Of a stretch of DNA of 64,000 nt, positions 49,820 through 64,000 are shown piece after piece; the first letter of the stretch is position 1, and the number at the start of each line of letters is the position of its first letter. Location: the NCBI RefSeq assembly GCF_009914755.1, contig NC_060932.1. One strand, written 5' to 3'. The position numbers and the translations under genes were made by a program. Source of the stretch: the human T2T-CHM13v2.0 reference genome, Homo sapiens. A model generated the notes under the pieces. It did no database searches, was not told the origin of the DNA, and worked only from the letters and a program-made list of their open reading frames with translations.

Positions 49820-50751
49820 CTAGGCCTGCACAGGGCTGAGCTGTGGCGGCGCAGGAGCCGCGGGGCCTCCGGCGCCGCCCTTGAAGCAGGCCGACTCGTA
49901 GTGCTTGTTGAGATAGGACTTGAGCGCGAAGCTCTTCTTGCAGCGCTTGCACTGGAAGTGCTTGAAGGCCGAATGCGTCTGCATGTGCGCGCGCAGGTTG
50001 GAGCGGTCGGCGAAGGCCTTGCCGCAGTGCGCGCAGCCGAAGGGTTTCTCGCCGGTGTGCGAGCGCATGTGGCCCTGCAGCAGCCAGGGCCGCGAGAAGG
50101 CTTTGCCGCACACGCCGCACTTGTGGCGCAGGTCGTGCGTGAGCAGGTGCATGGCCATGGCCGGCATGGACACGTACACCTTGCCGCACGTCGGGCAGCG
50201 CCGCGCCAGCTGGCTGTCCAGGCTGCGGTGCGTCTGCTTGTGGCGGCTCAGGTTCGACGACGTGGCGTATGTTTTGCCGCACTCGCCGCACGCGTGCCGG
50301 CCGCCAGCACCTGCGGCCCCTGGCCCCGCGCGCGCCTCGGTGCCTGCCCCCGCGCGCGTGCCGCCCCGGCCCCCCGGCCCGGATCCCAAGCTGCGCCCGC
50401 CCGCCCCGCCCCCGCCTCCGGCGTCGCCGTCGGGGGCCGCCGCCGAGGCTGTGGAGGGAGCGGCGGCAGCGCCGGCATTGGAAGCCTTACGCCGCGAGCG
50501 CCCGTCGGTGATGAAGAAGGCGTCCGCCGCGTAGCCCTCGCTGACGGCCGCGTCGCCGTTGATGTAGCCGCCCGCAGCGGTGGCCAGCTCCGGGCGCGGG
50601 GTGGGCGGCGGCGCAGACCCTGCAGCCGCCGGACCCAGCTCTCCACGCACAGCTGCTGCGTACATGGGCTCCGGCGACGGCCCTTTGAGCAGCGCAGCCT
50701 CGGCGTCGCCATCGTAGACGGACGAGGGCCCCACGTAGTCGCTGAGGTACC
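49820..50751 (-). CDS. SCRT1: SCRT1 exon 2 coding part (932 nt)
   Basis: Acceptor CCCGCAG|GG; [10 protein letters not shown]...QLSPVQA then TAG. Confidence 0.96.
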
Positions 50752-52804
50752 CTGCGGGCGGAGGCGGACGGACAGCGGGAAGGGAATGGGGCGGCGGCAG
50801 GACACACACGGGGGATGGGGGGGCGGGAGACAGCAGACGCGGACCGGGAGACCCGGGTCCGGGAGAGAGGCGAACAGGGAGGAGGACAAAGGAGAGGAGG
50901 CCGAGGGACCGCCGGGCAGGGAGGATGGAGACAGCAGGGAGGGGAAGAGAGGGGAGGAGAGGATGAGACAGGGCCGGGCCACGCTCCGCCCCCGCCGCCC
51001 CACCCTCGCAGAGAGGAGGAGAGAGGCGCGTCTTCGGGCGCGGCTGCCCCCCTTCCGCGGAGCCTCAAGGTCAGGGGGGAGGGGCGGCGCTTCCCTCTCC
51101 CTCCTCCCCCACCCACCCTCCCCTCCCCCTCGGGTTCTCCCCACTTCAGCAGTTTTCCCTGATTATGCAACACACTGCAGACCCGCGGCGCACAAAGCCA
51201 GGACTGCCGGCCCAGGGACCCCGTCTGTCCCACCTCTCCGGGGTCCTGGCCGGCTCTCCCTCTGGCCTGCAGAACGTGCGCTCCATTTTGATGTTGACCC
51301 CCTCTGGCCTTCTGGTTCCTCCAACAAGCCCTGAAGACGTCTCCCTCCCCCAGTTCCCTCCGGCCTCACCAGCACCTCCCTCAGCTCTCCGGCCACCCAC
51401 TGGACTTGACCCTGCCCTCCCTGCTCCTCCATGCACTCTGCTTCTCCTCCGAACTCCCTCTCACCATCCTGCACCCTTGGGTCCTACCCTGTTCAACATT
51501 GCCCTCTCCTGCTCACACCCTAACCCCTTTCAGGGCCTTCCCAAGCCCCTGAACTGTGCAGAGAGGGCCAGGGCGTCCACTTTCACAGGGACGAGCTGCA
51601 GGAGGGCAGCATCACTTATACCGGTAGCTGCAGTTGCTCCCCAGGCACAAGATGGATCTCATAACCTCAAAGTCACAAATGCACGCCCCTCGCGACGCTC
51701 TGCCTCCTTCAGGGCTACACCCAGTCTCCCAGCATGATCAGCCCTTGTGTGCCCTCACAGGGTGGGCTGCACACTGATGTGCCGAACTCACCACCTCCTC
51801 ACTCACGCAGGGTCACACATGCAGTCACCCCGGACACACTCTCAAGTCACATGGTGCACAGCGGCCTCAGAGTCACATGGTCCCATGTAGTGGCACACAG
51901 GCAAGCACACACACACACAGGGTCACACACAAGCGCACACGGTCACATGGCCACACACAGTCACATGGACCCACACAGGCTCACACTCCTGCAGGTCACA
52001 CTTGCTCTGCCACCCCATGCTGCTGGCACTCCTGTCCCCCTCTCCTGCATGCTGACAGTTGTCCTTGAACTTGGGCACCCTTACACAAAGAGCCTCCCCC
52101 TGCCTCCCACACCTTGGGCGTCCCTTGCTCACAGCCTCCTCCCTGCTTCCTCTCCCTGACCCAGGCTTCAGGGAAGAGACTGCTGCTGCCTCTGCTGGCC
52201 CTCTGCTCTGACAGGTGGGCGGCCCTGTTGGACCCCCTGCCTACTCCCTGGAGCTCCCTGCATTCCCCAGCTAACCCTAGCAGGTGTCCTGGTGCAGTCA
52301 AGGAAGAGGAGAGGGTGGCGAGGCGGCCCTGGTCTCTTGAGTGTAGGTCTGTGTGTGCCGGCATGGCTGGGTCCCGTCATGGCAGCGCCCATGCGGCTGT
52401 GTCTGTCCCAGCATGGGTCAGGATGTGGGTCCATGTGTGCGTTTGGGTACCTCAGTTCCTGATCCTCTTCCCCACCCTCTGTCCAACGTCGACACTCTCC
52501 CTGCCCAGCCTTGGCCTCTGTGTTCCCCTTCCTCCCCTCTACCGTCCAGGCTCCAGCCACAGACTCTTGCCGTTTCTGGTTCCCTTCAGTCTGTTTCCCC
52601 GGGCCCTGCCCTCCGCCCCCACACTCTGGCCCTCCACCGCTTCCAGCAAAGCCCCAGGCCCCGCGCCCTGGTCTCAGACCAGCGCTCACCTTTATCGTGC
52701 AGTGGCGCGCCGAGGTCGCTGCGGGCGCGTCCGTAGGCGCTCTCCAGGTCGGCCGAAGAGAACGCGTCAAGTTTGACCTTCTTGACCAGGAAGGACCTGG
52801 GCAT
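49820..52804 (-). CDS. SCRT1: Scratch family transcriptional repressor 1, 348 aa: join(52804..52690, 50751..49820)
   Basis: SNAG domain MPRSFLVKK, scratch domain ([20 protein letters not shown]), five zinc fingers ([21 protein letters not shown] ... TGEKPF); 115+932 = 1047 nt; GT-AG intron. Confidence 0.98.
52690..52804 (-). CDS. SCRT1: SCRT1 coding exon 1 (115 nt)
   Basis: [38 protein letters not shown]; donor GTGAGC. Confidence 0.96.
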
Positions 52805-52989
52805 GATTCCTGCGGGGCTCCGGCGCTGTGGGCCTGCGGAGCCGGGGCTTGGGGGGGCTGCGGCGGCAGGGCCCCGTCACCATCCGAGGAGCGGCGGAGG
52901 CAGCGCGGGTCCCCACTCTGGCCTTTGGATGCTGCCGCGCGAGTGGTGTCCTCTCTCCTTGCTGCCCTGCGTCTCCTCCGTTGCCCCTC

Positions 52990-53095
52990 CGGATCCCTCT
53001 TCTTCCTCCTTCCTTCAATCCTTCCTTCCTTCCTTCAATCCTTCCTTCCTTCTCTCCTCTTCTCTCCTCTCCTCTTCCTTCCTTCCCTCCTCTGG
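52990..53095. repeat. Polypyrimidine/polypurine low-complexity tract (CCTT/CTCT) upstream of the SCRT1 ATG
   Basis: About 100 nt almost entirely C/T on the plus strand. Confidence 0.8.
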
Positions 53096-53345
53096 TCCCG
53101 GCTTCCCAGCCCGCAGTGCCGCCCCTGGACAGGCGGGGGAGGAGGCTGGGGGGGCGGAGAGGGGGGGAGCGGCTCCGTCCCGGGCCTGGAGGCTGCGAGT
53201 GGGTGCAGGGCTGGCCCGGCTCGGTGGCCCCCTTCCCCTCCCCCCCCCCGCCGCCGCGGCGGAGCCTCAGTCAGCGGCCCCCCATGCCCCCGGGGGCGGC
53301 GGCGCCGGGCCCGGAGAACGCGGTGGCAGCGGCAGCGCCGGCAGC

Positions 53346-53393
53346 TTCAGCACCGCGGCCAGCGCCGGCCTGGGCAGCACCGCGGCCAGCGCC
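53346..53393 (+). promoter_or_regulatory. Two tandem RE1/NRSE (REST-binding) elements upstream of SCRT1
   Basis: TTCAGCACCGCGGCCAGCGCC (53346-53366) and GGCAGCACCGCGGCCAGCGCC (53373-53393) versus consensus TTCAGCACCACGGACAGCGCC. Confidence 0.85.
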
Positions 53394-53523
53394 CGGGCGC
53401 GCTCAACCGGCGCGGGCGGAGAGGGGCGGTCCGCGGGGGTTTGGCCGCCGGGCAGGGGTCCTCGGCGGGGGTCTCTGGGAGGCTTGCTTTATTGTTCTGC
53501 AGCCGGAGCGAGCGGCAGTGGCG

Positions 53524-53524
<1 letters not shown>

Positions 53525-53554
<30 letters not shown>
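53525..53554. repeat. (CGG)10 trinucleotide repeat
   Basis: Ten uninterrupted CGG units. Confidence 0.9.
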
Positions 53555-56500
53555 GCGGGGGGCGGGGGTCCTGGGGGGAGGGGTGCGCAGGGAGGGCGGG
53601 CCGAGGGAGGGAGGGAGGGAGGGACAGGGGCTCCGGGGGCGGGGCTCGGCGCTCGGACTGCTCCTGGGCCCGGCCTCCAGAGCCCGCAGCCGCCTCTGCC
53701 TGCGGCCCGGCCCAGCCTCTGGCTTTTAAAGCCCAGGAGCTGGGGGAGGGGGAGGGAGGTGGGGGAGAGGCCGGCGGAAATGGCTGCGCTGGGCCGAGCC
53801 CCGGCCTGGGTCTCCTGGGAGGGGTCCCGGGGATGCCTCAGCCTGCGCGAGTGGGGAATTCCCCCGCGCGGCTCGGGGAACCGCGGCCCGGCAGCCAGCA
53901 GCATTGTCGGGCGTGTGGGGAGAAATGGAGCCAGGCCTGGGACCCAAGCGCCCCGGACTCGGGGTCTTGTGGGGAGGAACGTAGGGAGGACCCCAGTCCC
54001 GCCTGCCTCGCTCGGGGCCTGGGGCGCGGGATCTGCGGGGGCGGGCGGGGGAGGCGGGAGCCGAAGGAGCAAGTGCTGAGGCAGCGAAAGCGCAGCGCGC
54101 GCCCTGTGCCGCAGTGGCTCCCGCCGCTCGGTCACCCCGGCTGACCCCGTGCACGCTGGAGGGGCCTACCCGCCCCCGCCTCTCTCCCCCCGGGCGGGTG
54201 TGCGGCGCAGCGGCGTCGCTGCGAGCCGGGTGTGGAGCTGGAGAGGGGCTGCCACGACCCTGCTCCAGAAATTCTGCTGCTTTGGGGGTTTTCCGCCCTT
54301 CCGCGCGGCTGCAGCTCCCCACGGCAGCCCCGCAACCAGGCGGATAACCCTTTCCTCGGCCGCCCGCCCAGCGTTTGCAGCCCCCATGACGTCAGGCTCA
54401 GCGGCCAATGGCGGGGCGCCGGGCGCGGGGGCTCCGGGGCTCCGGGCCGCACAATGGCCGCGCGCGGGTGCCTCTGTCCCCAATTAGGGCCTGGCGCCGC
54501 CATTGTCCCCTCACCCGCCCCGCCCGGTGGTCCGGGTCTACGGGCTCCGAGCGCGCTCCCACGCGCCCCGCTGCCGCTGGGGACCAAGGTCGCGGGGGCG
54601 GCCCCGGGGAGCGTCCGGGCGCGGGTGTGCCGGGAGCGCGTGCGATACTGGAGCGCGCTCGTTGCGGCGCAAAATGACCTTGCGCGGGGCGGACCCGCGG
54701 ACAGCGGCTGGGAGCGCGCGGCGGGCGGGCCCCGGGGAAGGCGGCCTGCGGGGGCGCGCTGCACTTGCTGAGCTCAGCGCCCCGCCCCCGGCCGCCCGGC
54801 CCCGCGCGGAGCCCGGGTGGGTGTGACCCGGCCCGCCCGCGCGGGGGGTGCGGCGGAGACCACGGACCCGCTTTGTGCCAGCCGCCCCGGCCCCGGCAGC
54901 GGCGGGACATTCATCTTGCGTGGCAGGCGCTCCCGAGGGGTGGGGGCGGGGCGCGGCCGCCCCCTTATCTCCGAGCGGCAGCCGGCTAGGCTCGCGGTGG
55001 GGGCAGGGGCGGGATCCCCCTCGGCCGCGCCGCGCGGGTCCTGGCTCCCTCCCAGGGGGGGGCCGGGCCAAGGCACAGCCGGAGGCGTGGGGCCAATTAA
55101 CATTTTGATTGCGGGACTGGGGGGCCATCTGGACCGAGGCCTAATTACCCGGCAGACCCTCGGGGCGCCGGCGGGACGTGCCAGGCGCGATCCCCTCATG
55201 ACCCAGCGCTCACCGCCTTCTCCCGGACCCTGTCCCCGCCCTCAACTCTGTCCTTCGACTCCATCCTTGGCCTCCTCCGTTCGTCCTAGTATTCTTGCCT
55301 CTCTGTCCCCACTCTCCGGGTCCTCCGACCCCCAACTCTGTCCCCTTCCCCCATTCTTCCGTTCGTCTGCCCTGTCCCCCCACCCCCCGTTTCTCTCCTC
55401 TGCTCCTCCCACTTCGTCCCTTCTCCCCGCGCCATTCCTGTCGCCCTGCACTCACCCCGTTTCCTTGTCCCTCCATCCACCCTCTCAGCCCCTTCCTCTC
55501 CTGCCTCTGTGCACATACCTGCCTCTCTCTGTCAAGCTCCTCGCCCCTTTTGCCCCCAGTCCCCTTGACGGAAGAGGCATCACAGCGGCACACATGTGTC
55601 CCGTGGCCAGGCGCTCCCGCGGGAACCATTGGGGCGGCCCTTGCTCCCGCTCGGGTGGAGCCCGCAGCCCCCCGGGACCCCTGGCGGGGAGGGACAGCTG
55701 GGTCCAGGCTTTGGCCATCAGTCTGCACCGACCGGGGTGCGGAGCGCACATGCGACCCGGGCGCAATTACTTGGGCCTCCTCGCCCCGCCCCCCCACCAG
55801 CATCCTGATCCCCCCCCTTCCCCCTCACCCCCAGCATCAGGAGGTCGCTGTGGTGCCCCAGTCCTGGGCCCCAGCTAGGAGAGGCTGAAGGAGGACAGTG
55901 GACGATTCTCACGCTTTGGAAAAGTGTCAGCCCTCCTGCATGGGAGGCCTCCCCGAGTCTCTTACTGAGAGCTGGGGCCTTGGGAGGCTTTGTTGCAGGA
56001 GAGGAGATGGTCAGGGTTCCCAGGCAAGGCTGCCTTGGTCCCCAGCCAATTAAAGTCCTGGTCCCCCTAGCCACTCTCTGCAGAGCCCCTCTTGGGGAGT
56101 CTCTTCCTGCCGCCCTGATGCAAGCCCCAGTTCTGCCCCCTTGTCCCTTCGGGTGGGTGCAGTGTTGGCTCTGAACCCTCCGTGCCCTCTGCTGCTGGCC
56201 GCACCTCTCCCTGCCCCTCCCAGGCCCCATGTTGTGGAAAGGTCAGCCATAAGGGTCAGGGGTCCCCACTCTTGTGTCTCCAGCACCCCACCCTCAGCAA
56301 AGCCAGAGCCCCTGGTGTGCCCACCCTCAGATCCTGCAGTTGCATTCTCACCCACCCCTGCCCTATTGAGGCTCCAACCCAGGAAATAAGTGGACAGCCC
56401 AGATCCGAGGGTCCACCCTGCTGGACAGAAGCGATGGGCAGAGAATAGGGTGTTGAATGGAGGTGACAGGTATGGGATGCAGTTACTGGTGGTGATGGAG

Positions 56501-57252
56501 CACAGTTGGGTTAGAAGATGAGGACATTGACTTGGAGAAGAGATCAAGGCTTGGAAGGGACAGGCAGTCTGCAGTGGTTCATCCACGAGAACATTAGACC
56601 ACCAGGAATTCAGGCAGCGATGGGTGGGGACGAAGCCATAGTGAGAGCTGCTGCTGGGTGGTTGGTGGCCAATGACACGTGCTCCAGCTGGGACGCTCAA
56701 GGAGAGGAGGGAATTGGGGTCTGCAGGCCTCAGCCAGGAGCACAGGAGTATTTGGGGGAGAGAGAAAGCAGCCCCCAGAGAGGACTGTGGGGAGGGACAG
56801 CATGGAAGGAGGGCCCTCAGCAGGGAGGACGTGGGGTCGCTGGGGATGGAGCCCCTGGGGAAGGTTTCAGGATGGGGGGTGGGTCTGTATTCCAAAATGG
56901 CTCTGGTGGGGTTGGGGGGTAGGCATGGGGACAAGGGCGTGAAGAGTGGCCCAGAAAAGCCGGTGGGCAGACTTGGTCCCTGCTGGGCAGGAGCTTTGGA
57001 GGACCCACAGGAGCAAGGTTGCAGCACAAGTGGAAATGTGCGTGTGAAAACCAGAAGCAGAGAGCGAGGGCAAGTGTCAGTGCCAGAAAACACCTGCACT
57101 AAACATAACAACAGGTTAACATTCTGATTGTCGGGAGAAATAACTGGTATAAATGAACTTTTTACAGAACAAAGATGCTGAGACTCCAAAGGGCTTAGCA
57201 GGTGATTGACTACAGAAGAAATAAGAGATCTTCTTAGGAATCACACACATGC

Positions 57253-59552
<2,300 letters not shown>

Positions 59553-60749
59553 AACTGAAGATACAATTTTCATATGTAAAATATCTTAAATGTAGAATTC
59601 CATCAGCTTTAAAAACACATATTCTCTTGTAACCCACTCACCTACAGAGACACAGGATACTTCCATGCCCTACAGGATGGTCCTTCGGGGCAGGTATAAA
59701 GTTATAAAGGAGACATTGAGAAGAGGCTAGGGGAACCTGAGAGTGAGGCCTGGGAGGAGGCAGAGACGGGGGATGTGAGGAGGAAAGAGGTGGGGGAGGA
59801 AGAGGCAGGGGCGGAGGAGGTGACTCCAGAGGAGGGGGAGGAAAGGGCTTCCACCAGAGGGCAGCCGGGCCCCACCTAAGCACTGCAAGCATTCCTGGCA
59901 GCTGGGCTCACTTCTTTCCTAGCAGGGTGATATGAGGAGGGCTCTGGAAGTGGCCGGGGGGCACTGACCTGCCTGCACAGTGGAGGCCCAGTGTCGACGG
60001 CCTCCTATGCAGCCTCCTAATTCCTGATGCAACATGAGCCTCCCCACCTTCACCTTCCTGGACCTGCCCGTGGTGTGGCTTCCTGCTGTCCCAGCTGCTG
60101 GGAGTCTTGTCACCAGCAGCCTTGAGGGATGGCTGCAGCTGCAGAGCCCCTCGCCCAGGGCCACACCCTCCTAGGGGTGGCCACACCTGGTGACTGATGG
60201 AGGCCCTGGCATTCCTGCCTGAGGCAGGACAACTTTGATGGGCGATCTCGGCTCAGGCCTTTGGGGGCCAGCAGGGGCTGTTGCTCCTGGGTGGCCATCA
60301 CTCCTCCCTCGGCCTCATCTGACCTCCTCGCCCTCCCTCCACAGATGTCCATCCCTAGGGCAGTCTTGTAAATGTCCTAGAGCTCCAAACTCAGGCTCAG
60401 AGTCCCTTCCCAGAGCTTTATTCTGCTCCCTCCAATGGAATGTGATCTTTCCAGCCAAGTTCACACTCCTGTCCCCACTTCCACCCCCTAGCCCCCATGC
60501 TCCCCTACCCCAGGTTCCCTGAAGGCATTTGGGCCTGATGGTCCTCTCCACACTCTCCTGTTGGCTGAAAAGTCCCTGGGGACAGTGCCTCTGCAACAAC
60601 CGTTTCTACTCCTCACCCTGGCCCAGCCGTCCTGGGCTTCTTCTCATGCCTATTCACCCTGCAGGGGGGCCCAAGGCTCCTTCCAGGAACCCCATCATCT
60701 CCTTGCCCTCTCCCACCCTCAGCTGCTCTACTCTGGTACTCTCACTCCA

Positions 60750-64000
<3,251 letters not shown>

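Larger units (their letters stand above)
52680..55250. promoter_or_regulatory. SCRT1 promoter/upstream CpG island
   Basis: Extremely GC/CpG-rich; (CGG)10 at 53525-53554; TATA-like TTTAAAAG on the minus strand ~53723-53730; CRE TGACGTCA at 54387-54394 and CCAAT at 54405. Confidence 0.8.

Noticed and set aside
49781-51334. 517-aa plus-strand ORF antisense to SCRT1 exon 2
   Set aside because: Shadow frame of a GC3-rich CDS plus low-complexity intron; non-ATG start and no recognisable domain
53488-53493. Minus-strand AATAAA in the SCRT1 upstream island
   Set aside because: GC-rich context with no downstream U/GU element; more likely a TATA-like or factor-binding site, or chance
52511-55878. Several 300-520-aa ORFs on both strands across the SCRT1 CpG island
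   Set aside because: Arg/Gly/Pro/Ala low-complexity products expected from stop-codon depletion at very high GC; overlapping in all frames; no splice or domain support
56050-57189. 379-aa minus-strand ORF upstream of SCRT1
   Set aside because: Non-ATG start, Pro/Ser/Leu-rich with no motif I recognise; it would need PhyloCSF or Ribo-seq support

Overview
Human (primate) GC-rich, Alu-dense euchromatin, recognisable from its proteins as the 8q24.3 BOP1-HSF1-DGAT1-SCRT1 cluster. It contains the first two coding exons of BOP1 (minus strand), a CpG-island bidirectional BOP1/HSF1 promoter, and complete HSF1 (plus strand; 13 coding exons, 529 aa, plus an 84-nt cassette exon). DGAT1 is complete (minus strand; 17 exons, 488 aa), lies tail-to-tail with HSF1 and hosts the mirtron MIR6848. 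SCRT1 is complete (minus strand; 2 exons, 348 aa, about 2.6-kb 3'UTR), followed by about 7 kb of Alu/LTR-rich intergenic DNA. All exon chains were checked by hand for GT-AG ends, phase and total length. The haplotype appears non-reference: HSF1 Thr365, SCRT1 Ala133 and a ~380-bp GC-rich VNTR in HSF1 intron 10. I found no convincing new protein-coding gene; most long ORFs are GC-rich or Alu artefacts. The most interesting unexplained signals are regulatory: (1) a diverged ~230-bp copy of the HSF1/DGAT1 3'-end poly(A) region inside HSF1 intron 1, carrying its own ATTAAA; (2) five miR-137 seed sites in the SCRT1 3'UTR, four of them about 70 nt apart; (3) a TISU-initiated 28-aa uORF ahead of HSF1; (4) twin CRE-CCAAT-GC-box modules flanking SCRT1; (5) tandem RE1 sites upstream of SCRT1; (6) a 42-bp repeat of ZNF143-type motifs in the DGAT1 promoter. 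Comparisons with reference sequences or the literature are from memory and need verifying.
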